In this document: positions 1 to 12,099 of the stretch, one piece after another | Layout of the letters: each line of letters opens with the position of its first letter | Numbering within the stretch: the first letter of the stretch is position 1 | Source: Eledone cirrhosa | Taxonomy: Eukaryota | Direction: 5' to 3' | NCBI GenBank assembly: GCA_964016885.1 | Contig: OZ024740.1 | Coordinates: 122,078,001 to 122,142,000 of the forward strand | Length of the DNA: 64,000 nucleotides | The notes under the pieces: generated by a model | Told to the model about the DNA's origin: nothing | The model's input: only the letters and a program-made list of their open reading frames with translations | Database searches by the model: none | Position numbers and translations under genes: made by a program

Positions 1-359
1 CTTAAACGAATAGTTATAAAAGACTAAATTCAAGTATTCTATTTCCTTAGTTATTAATGTTTCATATAGAACAATAAGCCATTTATATAGAACGGAGATT
101 AATAATCAAACAATAGTCGGCCAAAACGAAATAAGCGATAAATCTAGTCAAAAGAACAAAGAAAATATTTAAAAAAATCAAATGAGGTTGTAGATTGGGC
201 ACATTTTATATTACACATATTCGTAGAAAAATAATTGCTAAATCTGCACGAAAAGTGGACTATCTCTGGATTATCCCTGTTATGTAAATACTAAAGAATA
301 TAAAAGTATGATTAGAGCAATCTAAGTTGTCTATGTCGATTAAAAGGAAATCAAAACGA

Positions 360-600
360 ATATATTAATAAACGTAATTCATCAATACAAGATTGTGGCC
401 ATTTGATGTCATCGATTGTAATGGTTTAGTGTTAGCTCTATCTTCAAATCAAAGAAGTTGCTACTTAAAGAAATATTCACCACGAATTAAATATTATGGA
501 CACAGGTAACAAACGTCAATTTTCGGTAGTAGTAGCATTGTAGCATGCATATATGGTTTTTTAATTGGCAGTGGGTTGTGTTATGATAATATAACATATT
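360..600 (-). pseudogene. Degenerate LRP-family fragments: EGF-like (~500-580) and YWTD blade (360-425)
   Basis: Minus 425-360 translates TITIDDIKWPQSCIDELRLLIY (cf. YWTD-blade consensus DIxWPNGLTIDxxxxxIYW). ORF 487..684 contains THCQLKNHICMLQC, followed by CYLCP in a shifted frame (EGF-like Cys spacing). Confidence 0.6.
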
Positions 601-948
601 TAATCCAGCACGAATGAAGATGAGAGTTATAAAAATTCTTCGAATCAAAGAAAGCGTACATGATAAAACAACATGATAAAGCACAACCCTTTCCCGCTAA
701 ATATACAAACAATAAACAACTAACAAGAAACTAACTACACTGAAATAAAAGATTTAGGAAAGGATAAAATAACAGAAAATGTTCAAAGAGCAATAAAAAG
801 TGTATTTCAAAATATACTGAGGAAAATAATTAAGGGAAAGTCACAGCATGGTTATTATCCCGCAACATAAGGCAGAGAGGATGTGTGCCAACACAGAATC
901 AAATGATGCCTGTGCATATGTAAGTATATATATATATATGTATATATA

Positions 949-1047
949 GGTTAACTTTGCCTTTCATCATTACGGGGTCGATAAAATAAAGTACCAGTTA
1001 TACACTGGTATAATTGCTGGCTTTGTGCCAAAAAGTAGAAACAATTA
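949..1047 (+). mobile_element. SINE, 3' half of the main tRNA-derived family
   Basis: GGTTAACTTTGCCTTTCATCATTACGGGGTCGATAAAATAAAGTACCAG matches the copies at 37770 and 51271. Confidence 0.85.
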
Positions 1048-1049
1048 TT

Positions 1050-1620
1050 AGGTATTTTGGTGTTCCTCCGGATATGGGTGTAAAGCGAAGAGACGTTTGT
1101 ATTTGCGGGTGTCGGTTTTCTCAGTTTTGGAGGCTGCGGATGTTGTTGAGGGTTCAGATTAAGTCCGGCTTTCCGTTGGCTGTTGGTATTGCCATTCCTG
1201 CGGAGGCGTTTGTTATTCAATTTCATGATGACATTGCTCAGGTCAGCTGTGGTGGAATAGAATAGTCGGAACGAGTCTCTATTTAGTATTCTATGGAATG
1301 TATGTGATGGAGGAAAGTGTTCGTCTATAGGTTTGAAGAAGAGATAGGATAGCTTTGTAGTTAACAGATCATCGTGCGGAGATTATACCATTGGTATGAT
1401 ATTTTGTGGGACCTCCTTGTTTTTTTCTTATTCGCAGTATTATTATTTGTCCCACCACTGCGGGGCTTTGAGCCGATTGTATTTAACTTTGCAAAATGTA
1501 TATGGTATGATCGTGATGTTTTCCTATTGGGATGGTCGGATTTTCCCCGGTTCATCATAATCGCCCCTAAGTAGAGCAGCGTTGTAATAGTTTGCATGTG
1601 CGCTCTAAGAGTGTGAAGAT
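1050..1620 (-). mobile_element. Possible decayed Penelope-like RT/thumb fragment
   Basis: Minus-strand YLFFKPIDENTFLHH resembles the PLE thumb motif (YxKPTD...LHxxS). The sequence is CA-rich like other PLEs here and has many stops. Confidence 0.35.
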
Positions 1621-1665
1621 CCTAAGTATACATTTTTAACAATGGAGTTAGTGACAGTCCTAGTT

Positions 1666-2192
<527 letters not shown>

Positions 2193-2279
2193 GGAGAGAA
2201 TGAACATATAGGTTAGATGGATACTTAGATAGACAGATAAATGGATAAATAGTATGCAACATTTTATTAGGATTTTATT

Positions 2280-4330
2280 ATAGGAGTCATAAAATACTAT
2301 TTGATTTTCACTGGTTTACAAAGTCAATATAACAATATTGTATTTGAAATAGTGTAGATTAAATGATTAATGCCGAATTTTGATTTTTACTAAGCAACTA
2401 CATATCTCAAGAGTGAAGGTTCCACAGTTTCAGTTTGCTTATGTTAAATTATTTTATATGTGAATTAAGTATTATGGAGAAAGGTAACAAATGATCAACA
2501 GTAGTATCTTTGTAGCATGCATATATGTTTTTTTTATTGATAGTGGGTTGTTATATGATAATATAAAATCTGAGCGCAGCTTTTTATACTTTTAACCATT
2601 ATAATGACATTTTCATGTGGCTAAAGTTTGTTCGTTGACGGATCAATCAGTTGCTTTGGATATATTTTTGCACCATTCGCCGTTGATATTGTGTTTGAAT
2701 TTGACAGCTGAGCTGAGAATATAACAGCGGACTTGGGAACACTGAAATATATCCGATTTGTTAAATATCGAATTTATCTCATAAGAAGTTGACTCACAAC
2801 TTTGGAACTTATGAACGAAGTAAATTAAAGTTTCGTATTCTACAAAATCCTGTTATATGTTGTTCGTGACTATATTATTTTCCTAGTTACTATAGACACG
2901 TGATATTTGAAACGACACGTTCACAGCGTTTAAAATGAATTTATGTTATTCTTTTTTTACATATACTTATATTTGTCCAGTGGAATATGCGTTGATGTTT
3001 TCTGATGGTATTGTATTATCATATATTCAGATTTGATTTTTACTTCTTACATATATTTACTTTATATGTCTGCAATTGTTCTGTAGAGATGACAGCACAT
3101 TAATATAATGGGAAAATGTGGTATTTTGCATCGTTGATTGTAAAGGTGCATAGAGGGCTAGTAAGCCAAGACAGACTACACCTTACAATTGAAAAACAAA
3201 AATAAATACAAAAAAAGGAAAAATATATATAGAGATATAAGTAAATATGAAAAATAAATAGATGTAATAGAAAAGAAGTAAATAGGGAATGCCAATAAGA
3301 AGCAAAATATTAATAAAATATAAAAACAATATTTGGAAGCAATATTTGGAACAATATTTGGAAGCTAGAATGTTGTGTTTATGAATCTTTTCATAACGTC
3401 CATGTACTTAAAGATGTTCTTAATAGCTGGTAGAATGTTTAATCCCTTACAAGATATCGTATTACTAATCGTCAGATATTCACTTATGGGTATTTTTCTT
3501 GTAATGGGATCTCTTTCTGTTGAGGTTGGACAGACAAACTCTTCTTTCCGGCTCTCTAATATGACAACCTATTCTCTGTCATATAGCATTTTATGATAAT
3601 CAGAAAAATGTTTCTTTTGTACCCAGCAAATAATTTAATTCTGATTACTATTCCAATTTAGGATATTATTTAATTTGAATTATACTTAACGTTACTGATA
3701 ATTGGATAATCGTTATGACATATTACAGCTTCATAAAGTTGAAATACTCAAACGACCAGCTCTTCAGCAAACAGGCAGCTACTATGTGGTCTGCTAGAAT
3801 TAGGAGACGTATTATGTAAAACGGCTATTGATTAAACATCTAAAAGTTTGATTGTAAATACAATAAGAGAAAGAACTAATGAAATAGATATAGCGAATGG
3901 TCATTTGATAATAGACCGGCTGGGCCATAGAGTAAACAATAAAACAACAGTTACAATACATTAAAAAGCATCAGCTTCAGTAACAAAGCACGATGGGTAC
4001 ATTTATTTACCGCACTTACATTTTTGCTTTAACTTTTATACCTGACGAGGTTATAATCGATTGGGCCTTTCTGAAGAATTGGTCATGTACCCTGAGAAAG
4101 AAAATCAATATTACTCTTCAGGTGTATAATTTTTAAAAAATGGTGGAATTCGTGTCAGTGTAAAAAGAATGGTGGTATTTTTTACTGCAAACAAACTTAA
4201 CATTACAGAGAAGGAAAATTGACATATAGCCAAGGAAATATTCACCTTGGCTGTTGAAAATGTGATGAAATGTGATCGCATATTTTTCTGCCAAATGTAG
4301 CCTTCACAAAAGCGAAGAATCTATATATAT
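2280..4330 (+). pseudogene. Cluster of degenerate LRP-family YWTD/EGF fragments (mostly +; one EGF-like piece on - at ~2470-2580)
   Basis: 2297-2332 [11 protein letters not shown]; ~2720 AENITADLGTLKY; 2959-3009 TYTYICPVEYALMFSDG (EGF C-x-C-P-x-G-Y-x-L-xx-DG); 4038-4085 IPDEVIIDWAFLKNWS (cf. PDGIAIDWxxxNLYW). Confidence 0.6.
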
Positions 4331-4703
4331 ATGTATAAGCAATCGCCATTTTTCATTACATATAAGTTAGCCATCGAGCACCTTGTCTCACAAGAAATAG
4401 ATTATTACATGCGCAGGAACACACACCCAGAAACAGATACAGACACATTTATTCGGATTTCATATATAAATATATAAAAAAGTCCGAAATTAAAAATAAA
4501 AACAAGGTCGTATTAGATAACAATATATCGACCTATAGCACCGCGGTCCGATGCTGGTGTCTCAGAGGTATGTATAATTAATAAATATGATTATGTCACT
4601 TGTGTTAATTCAGTTAAGTTTGTTCGCCACCTCTAAGCTGGATAGATACAACAGACCTGGAGTGCGTTTACCTATTTAATCTCGTTTATCATGGAGTCAT
4701 TAC

Positions 4704-4744
<41 letters not shown>

Positions 4745-4775
4745 AGTGTAATTTTCTACACAAAACGAAGGTTAT

Positions 4776-5246
4776 AGAGAAAATTGAGGTTGGTAATGGC
4801 ACATGGAATATGTAAGAGACAGAATACTTTTTTGTGAAAAAACATAATTTTATAAGGTAAGGAAATAATAAAGGGTATAAAAAATGACCGGTTTCGATGG
4901 GTCTGCAAAAGCCATCTTTTCAAATGTTGATTAATATTAAGAAAAATTAATAATACGAAGAGTTAAAATTTGAGACTTGAAAATTCAAGTATAAAATTCA
5001 TTGTGGGATTTCATAGCAGTTTTCATCTAGGTAGCAACAACAGGTTGACTGCTGTGTCCCTTTCTGGTAGTGAATGAGAAGTTATTTGGGGTGTGGGTTA
5101 TTTTATAAAGGTCAGATTTAGCAATCGCCAGCTGCTGGTCAGTGAGGGGGTGGAAGCAATATACACACACATATCTTCCTGTGATGGGTAGGAGAGTGGA
5201 GCGTGATAGAAAAGGATTTAGTGCACTTACACCTATATATACACAT

Positions 5247-5305
<59 letters not shown>

Positions 5306-5344
5306 TATATATACATACACATACATCCAGATACACACATACAT

Positions 5345-5434
<90 letters not shown>

Positions 5435-5806
5435 CCCCACACATACATACACACACACATATATATATACATATACATACACACATACAAACATACACAC
5501 ACACACACACACATACACACACATATATACACACACACACACACACACACGCATATATATATATATATACACATACGCATACATCCAGATACCCACATAC
5601 ATACACACACACACACACACACACGCACACACAATACATACATCCACATGCACACACATACTCACACACACACACACACACACACATACACCCACACAGA
5701 GAAATGGCCTTCAAATATATATATATATATATACATACAGACACATATATTTTTTCCATAATATAAGAAGTTGGGGCAGTGAAATTAAAATACAAGTCAT
5801 TCTGAT
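4776..5806 (-). repeat. Inverted pseudo-LTR, left arm
   Basis: Reverse complement of 8817-9991. The non-microsatellite parts appear identical by eye. Confidence 0.92.
4881..4928 (-). ncRNA. Minimal hammerhead ribozyme (inverted copy of 9839-9886)
   Basis: Reverse complement of the right-arm motif. Confidence 0.75.
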
Positions 5807-6324
5807 ACTACAACAGACACATTTACACCACCAAACCCAACACACACTAACCACAGGCACATCCCCCACCAACACAAACCAAATACGGCCAACTACACCA
5901 AAAGAAACACACCCAACCACCACAACACAGGTTTCCGTAGAAATGCCCCCTACATAAACCAACGACGAAATAACATAGATCCAACTCACAACACACACAC
6001 CACATTCCTCAGAAGAAATCCACCCAGGCCACTTGAAATCACAACAGAACTTACCCACAACCACACCAGACATCACCCTCAATCCAACAAAAGACAACCC
6101 CCCAGCCTCAACACTCTGTACCACAGAAATAACGCACCCAGACCACATGAACCAACAACAGAACCCTTGCTCATCAACAACCACAACACATACCACCCCC
6201 ACCATCACATTCACCCTCATGAAACAACAAGCTACAGACCCACACGCAACAGACCAACAAAATATAATCACACACAAAACTACATTCCTTTTTTAGGGAA
6301 AAGCCTGAAATACCAGGATACTCG

Positions 6325-8601
6325 ATGGCCCCCCCTCAGGAGAAACCAAAAATAATCAACCTCTCAAAGACACCTCTAACCAACACACAAATCAACATTT
6401 TAAGTAAGGGCCTGAAATTTACACCTACACCACGTAAACCCAACTTCCCCGAAATGAAGGATGACATCATGGAATACTGCCGAAAGCTGCGACTAACGGA
6501 ATTCTTCCACAACGAAACCAACACTGAAGACGAATCACTGGTTAGAAATAAAAGCAATTTCTGCCCACAAAAGGGAAGAAATAAAGCACTGGACACGTAC
6601 TGCGAACACATCACCAACTTTCCCTATGAAAAAATTACAAATAAACACACGAAATCAAACCTATCTACACACGAATGGGAAGAATTATTCACACTTAGAA
6701 ACAACCCTGAGATAACTATCAAAGAAGCCGATAAAGGCAGTACTGTTGTGATTATGAATACGGACTACTATAGGACCCTCGCACTTAACATTTTAGAAAA
6801 CAACACATACTATGAAAAAACAGAAAACTACAAACACACCAAAACAATGGGGAACCTTTTGACCTTACTGAATAAATACCGCAACAGCTTAACCACAAAA
6901 GAGTTTAACTATATAAGCCACTTCAAATGCAATACAAGCTCTTTTTACGGCTTACCGAAACTTCACAAATGTAAACCCATAAACGATGCATGTGACACCT
7001 CAACCAACAATTACATTGAACTAACACCACCAGAAGACCTAAAACTCAGGCCAATTATAGCAGGCCCTACATGTGAAACCCACAGACTTAGCAACTTTCT
7101 GGACATCCTACTGAAACCCTTTCTACAACATATACAGAGCTACATACGAGATGACCTTGACATGCTGAAACACCTCCCTAAAACAGTAAGTGCAAATACA
7201 ATTCTTGTCTCCTTTGACGTAATAAACCTCTACACAAACATACCTCACAACTATGGAATAACAGCAGTCCAATACTGGCTTAACACACACCCATCAGAAA
7301 TACCGACACGCATCAACACAGATTTTATCACTGACGGACTCCGCTTTATCCTACAAAATAACTACTTCACATTCAATGGTTCAACATACAGACAAGTATC
7401 AGGTACGGCAATGGGCACGAAAGTAGCACCCATATATGCCAACCTAGTCATGGGATTCCATGAACAACAAATATACAGTCAGTCTCTTCTCTTATTTGGA
7501 GACTCTTTCCACACACACCTCAAAGCCAATTGGAAAAGATATCTAGACGACTGCTTTATCCTATGGCAAGAAGACATGAACTCACTTACTACGTTTAAAA
7601 ACATGATAAACAACATAGATAATAACATACAATTCACAATGGAATCCAATCCTAAGGAATTAGCCTTCTTGGATATTCTCATCTCTGTAATAGACGGGAA
7701 ATTAGATACAGATATATTCTATAAACCCACAGATTCCAAGCAATACCTCTTTTTCACATCAAGTCACCCAAAACATACAAAACTTAACATTCCTTACAAT
7801 TTGGCCAAACGTATATGTACCATAGTATCAGATCCACCTAAACGGGAGCAAAGACTAAAGGAACTAAAAGACACCCTTATCTTAAGAGCCTTTCCACTTG
7901 AAATAATCAACAATGGAATAGACAGGGCAAAACACCTAAATCCCCATCAACTTAACAATCCAAAACAGAAAACCACACTCAACACCCTGCCATATGTATC
8001 CACTTTCAACCCCAGAAATACCGAAATGATTGATCACCTACACAAAAACCTCCCCATCCTACTTAAAGATGTAAAAATGAAGTCTATTCTTGAAACACAC
8101 AAGATCCTTAAAAGTAAAAGACAACCCAAATCACTTAAACGCATTCTCACTGGACCAAATATACCCAAACCAATCCTCAACCCTACAGTTACCAAATGTG
8201 GTAGAACAAACTGTGGAACGTGCCTCTACCTCACTGAAGGACAAACATTTACATTCAAAGATGGCCAAACATTTACAGTAAAAAACAATTTCACCTGCAA
8301 CTCGGAGAACTTGATTTACGCAATAACTTGCGGTGGGTGCAAACACAACTACATAGGACAGACGGGCACCTCATTACGCAAAAGAATGACCATCCACCGC
8401 CAACAAATCCGGGACGCTAACACAAGAAAAATCCCCTTCAGCAGCCATATTGCGAACTGCGCAGGAATGACACTACCCAACTTTAAAATCTTCCCCTTCT
8501 ACAAGTGCTCAGATTCGTTCACACAACAACAAAGAATAAACAAAGAAAATCTATTCCTTAACAAATTTAAACCAAAACTAAACGGGTTATCACCCCAATA
8601 G
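6325..8601 (+). CDS. Penelope-like reverse transcriptase / GIY-YIG endonuclease, 758 aa, uninterrupted
   Basis: Motifs IINLS, LSKGLKF, ADKG, FYGLPKLHK, LRPII, SFDVINLYTNI, GTAMG, RYLDD, FLDI and YKPTD. Linker CGRTNCGTC (Cx4CxxC, Neptune-like). EN motif LIYAITCGGCKHNYIGQTG...RMTIH...H. Confidence 0.95.
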   Translation: MAPPQEKPKIINLSKTPLTNTQINILSKGLKFTPTPRKPNFPEMKDDIMEYCRKLRLTEFFHNETNTEDESLVRNKSNFCPQKGRNKALDTYCEHITNFPYEKITNKHTKSNLSTHEWEELFTLRNNPEITIKEADKGSTVVIMNTDYYRTLALNILENNTYYEKTENYKHTKTMGNLLTLLNKYRNSLTTKEFNYISHFKCNTSSFYGLPKLHKCKPINDACDTSTNNYIELTPPEDLKLRPIIAGPTCETHRLSNFLDILLKPFLQHIQSYIRDDLDMLKHLPKTVSANTILVSFDVINLYTNIPHNYGITAVQYWLNTHPSEIPTRINTDFITDGLRFILQNNYFTFNGSTYRQVSGTAMGTKVAPIYANLVMGFHEQQIYSQSLLLFGDSFHTHLKANWKRYLDDCFILWQEDMNSLTTFKNMINNIDNNIQFTMESNPKELAFLDILISVIDGKLDTDIFYKPTDSKQYLFFTSSHPKHTKLNIPYNLAKRICTIVSDPPKREQRLKELKDTLILRAFPLEIINNGIDRAKHLNPHQLNNPKQKTTLNTLPYVSTFNPRNTEMIDHLHKNLPILLKDVKMKSILETHKILKSKRQPKSLKRILTGPNIPKPILNPTVTKCGRTNCGTCLYLTEGQTFTFKDGQTFTVKNNFTCNSENLIYAITCGGCKHNYIGQTGTSLRKRMTIHRQQIRDANTRKIPFSSHIANCAGMTLPNFKIFPFYKCSDSFTQQQRINKENLFLNKFKPKLNGLSPQ

Positions 8602-8816
8602 AATTGTCATAAAATATAAACACACATACGCACGGAATCACTACTATTAAAGACCAGAGACCAATTCTGTAGAATCAGGTTTATTCATTGACAGACCATG
8701 CCTTTGTGTGACCAACACATCCATGTTAAACCCTGCACGTGCACACACATATATCTATATATATATGCGCACACAGAATTCACCACTGTCGGTTGCGGGG
8801 CCCAATCTACATGAAG

Positions 8817-9204
8817 ATCAGAATGACTTGTATTTTAATTTCACTGCCCCAACTTCTTATATTATGGAAAAAATATGTGTCTGTATGTATATATATATAT
8901 ATATATATTTGAAGGCCATTTCTCTGTGTGTGGGTGTATGTATGTGTGTGTGTGTGTGTGTGAGTATGTGTGTGCATGTGGATGTATGTATTGTGTGTGC
9001 GTGTGTGTGTGTGTGTGTGTGCATGTATGTGGGTATCTGGATGTATGCGTATGTGTATATATATATATATATGCGTGTGTGTGTGTGTGTGTGTATATAT
9101 ATGTGTGTGTATGTGTGTATATATATGTGTGTGTGTGTGTGTGTATGTTTGTATGTGTGTATGTATAAGTATATATATATGTGCGTGTGTATGTATGTGT
9201 GGGG

Positions 9205-9262
<58 letters not shown>

Positions 9263-9333
9263 ATATATATATATGTGTGTGTGTGTGTGTATGTATGTAT
9301 GTGTGTATCTGGATGTATGTGTATGTATATATA

Positions 9334-9388
<55 letters not shown>

Positions 9389-9986
9389 ATGTGTATATAT
9401 ATGTGTGTGTGTGTGTATGTGTGTATGTATATGTATGTGTGTGTGTATGTATGTGTGTATATGTATATATATATATATATATATGTATATGTATATGTAT
9501 GTATGTGTGGATGAAGGTATGTGTGTATATATAGGTGTAAGTGCACTAAATCCTTTTCTATCACGCTCCACTCTCCTACCCATCACAGGAAGATATGTGT
9601 GTGTATATTGCTTCCACCCCCTCACTGACCAGCAGCTGGCGATTGCTAAATCTGACCTTTATAAAATAACCCACACCCCAAATAACTTCTCATTCACTAC
9701 CAGAAAGGGACACAGCAGTCAACCTGTTGTTGCTACCTAGATGAAAACTGCTATGAAATCCCACAATGAATTTTATACTTGAATTTTCAAGTCTCAAATT
9801 TTAACTCTTCGTATTATTAATTTTTCTTAATATTAATCAACATTTGAAAAGATGGCTTTTGCAGACCCATCGAAACCGGTCATTTTTTATACCCTTTATT
9901 ATTTCCTTACCTTATAAAATTATGTTTTTTCACAAAAAAGTATTCTGTCTCTTACATATTCCATGTGCCATTACCAACCTCAATTT

Positions 9987-9991
<5 letters not shown>
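8817..9991 (+). repeat. Pseudo-LTR, right arm, with internal ~650 bp TA/TG microsatellite
   Basis: Reverse complement of 4776-5806, longer because of extra microsatellite sequence. Confidence 0.92.
9839..9886 (+). ncRNA. Minimal type-I hammerhead ribozyme, U3-A8 variant
   Basis: AACAT-TTGAAAA-GATGG(cttttgcagac)CCATC-GAAA-CCGG-TC-ATTTT: core variant, 5-bp stem II, palindromic CCGG in place of stem III, and a GUC triplet. Confidence 0.75.
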
Positions 9992-10040
<49 letters not shown>

Positions 10041-10744
10041 CGTGTGTGTGTGTGTGTGTGCACGTGTGTGTGTGTGTTTGTGCGTGCACGTGTGTGTACT
10101 AGTGTAATAGTAGTACACACACGCGCGCACACACACACGCAAACACACACACACACACGTACACCACACACACACGCGCGCTAGTAGTAGTAACGAGCAT
10201 AATGGTGCGGACGCCTTGATGCCCATGAAAAAACATTTCTGTAGCTTCAAATCTATGTAAAGATAAAAGCTCAAAATTGAATCCTGTTAAATTATATTTC
10301 TATATGCAAAACGTAATATGAGTAAAATTGTATTTTTTTAGGACTATTCAAACGCAAGCCATGAGCAAATGTGTATATTTATGTGTATATTTATTCAAAA
10401 ATTGAGGTGTTCAAATCAATAACATATTGAGACTCAGCATAAAATACTTGAGATAAGAGGACACAGTCACACGCAGTATTAATACAACAATTAATACTGT
10501 ATACATAAATTAGATTACACATATGATGCTATTCTCCGGCTTCTCGCGAAAACTACAGCAAATACCTAAACACAACACTCGATATTGGTTTCTATTTTTA
10601 AAATGTTAATCAAACATGAGAGATATAAGACCGGCATATTTTGCTATTCACACTTGAAATATTAAGACGAAAACAAAAACGATTTTAAGTACATTTTGCA
10701 TAGTCTTAGCCTCCTTAAACAAATGATTATCTACTTCATGTATG

Positions 10745-10799
<55 letters not shown>

Positions 10800-10941
10800 T
10801 GGGAGGGTCATGTTGCCAATAAGAAACACACGCACCACATGCTTTCACTTCAATTTATTATAAAGTAAATTTGTAAATTTAGGAATTTATAAATTTCCGG
10901 CAGGTTGGTTGGTTCCACAACCAGACGATTGTTCATATATT

Positions 10942-10984
10942 GTCAACGTTCTTTCGTCACACTTTCTGTGAACTCTTCAGTGAC
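10942..10984 (-). ncRNA. Hammerhead-like motif (inverted copy)
   Basis: Minus strand GTCA-CTGAAGA-GTTCACA(gaaag)TGTGAC-GAAA-gaacgt-TGAC. Confidence 0.55.
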
Positions 10985-11370
10985 TGGAGGTTACTTTCTT
11001 TGTTTTGTGCCTCTCCTTTGTTCTGTCCTACGCCATCTTGTTTTTGTGTGTGCTGTATGCTTAGTTTGCGCATGTGTTACATCCGGGTGTCTGTGTGTGT
11101 TTATATTTGTTTATTTATTTGTTTATTTACAGGTTACTGGTTAGTGGAACAGCAACATCACACTTTACAATTAAGGAAAAAATGAAAACACACACATAGA
11201 ACAAACAAGCAAACAGTAACATGTAAATAAACAAATAAATAAAAAAATATAAACACACACAGACACCCGGATGTAACACATGCGCAAACTAAGCACACAA
11301 CACACACAAAAACAAGATGGTGTAGGACAGAACAAAGGAGAGGCACAAAAAACAAAGAAAAGAATCCCCA

Positions 11371-11413
11371 GTCACTGATGAGGTCACATAATGTGTGACG
11401 AAATAACTTTGAC
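11371..11413 (+). ncRNA. Hammerhead-like motif
   Basis: GTCA-CTGATGA-g-GTCACA(taatg)TGTGAC-GAAA-taactt-TGAC. Stems I and II pair; stem III is degenerate. Confidence 0.6.
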
Positions 11414-11584
11414 AATATATGAACAATCGTGTGGTTGGAGAACCAACCAACCGACCGGAAATTTATAAATTCCTAAATTTATAAATTTAATTTATAATAA
11501 ATTGAAGTGAAAGCAACTGGTGCGTGTGTTTCTTATTGGCAACATGACCCTCCCAAAGTATAACAATATATGTATATATATATA

Positions 11585-12085
11585 TGAGAAGGAGACAGGG
11601 GTCCGAGCGGGGAGGGTGCGTGTGGTAGGAGTGGTGCAGGTTGTACGTATTATTAATTGTGGGGTGGACCAGGGGGCAGTCGAATGCTAAAGGAAGAGGG
11701 GTGGGAAGTTCAGGCCGGGGGGGGATATGTTGGGTGAAGATGGTGTGTTGTTCGGCCCTAAGGTGGGTTGTGGGGTCCCATGACATTCGATCAGGCCACA
11801 GACAGGGAAGTTGTTGGCAGAGTGTCCAAGGGAACCAAAATGGAGGGTGATTGGGGAAGTCCCGGCGAGACGAATATCTCGGAGGTGCTCCGTGAAGTGA
11901 ACCGAGCCAGGCGACTCCGGTCTGTCCGACATAGTTTGCTGTTCACTCCATGCAGCTGCATCACGGTACGTCGGCAGATGACGTAACATAACATGATGTT
12001 GTGTTCTTTTCTCGTTCGTTTCCAAGCTTCCTTCTTTTTCCTCTGACCCTCTCTACCATATCTCCTGACCAACACACTTTTAGCC
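11585..12085 (-). mobile_element. Penelope-like GIY-YIG 3' fragment
   Basis: HFTEHLRDIRLAGTSPITLHFGSLGHS is typical of the PLE EN C-terminal half. It is frameshifted. Confidence 0.7.
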
Positions 12086-12099
12086 ATTTATTCCTGTCC

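Larger units (their letters stand above)
4741..9991 (+). mobile_element. Penelope-like retroelement (Neptune-type) with inverted 5' pseudo-LTR
   Basis: RT + GIY-YIG ORF flanked by inverted repeats 4776-5806 and 8817-9991. Both outer ends abut (TA)n. Confidence 0.92.
10799..11556. mobile_element. ORF-less inverted pair of Penelope pseudo-LTR-like arms (10799-11139 / 11214-11556)
   Basis: ~340 bp diverged inverted arms with a 74 bp spacer. Each arm has a hammerhead-like core, and (TA)n lies outside both ends. Confidence 0.8.

Noticed and set aside
4042-4075. CTGACGA as a hammerhead core
   Set aside because: There is no GAAA after a stem. The segment is better explained as the YWTD-like PDEVIIDW coding relic.
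5027-5957. Long ORFs rich in YI/HT/CV/LS/RE (also 1605-2262, 8708-9740, 47661-49189, 52680-52993 and others)
   Set aside because: These are translations of dinucleotide microsatellites with no coding signal.
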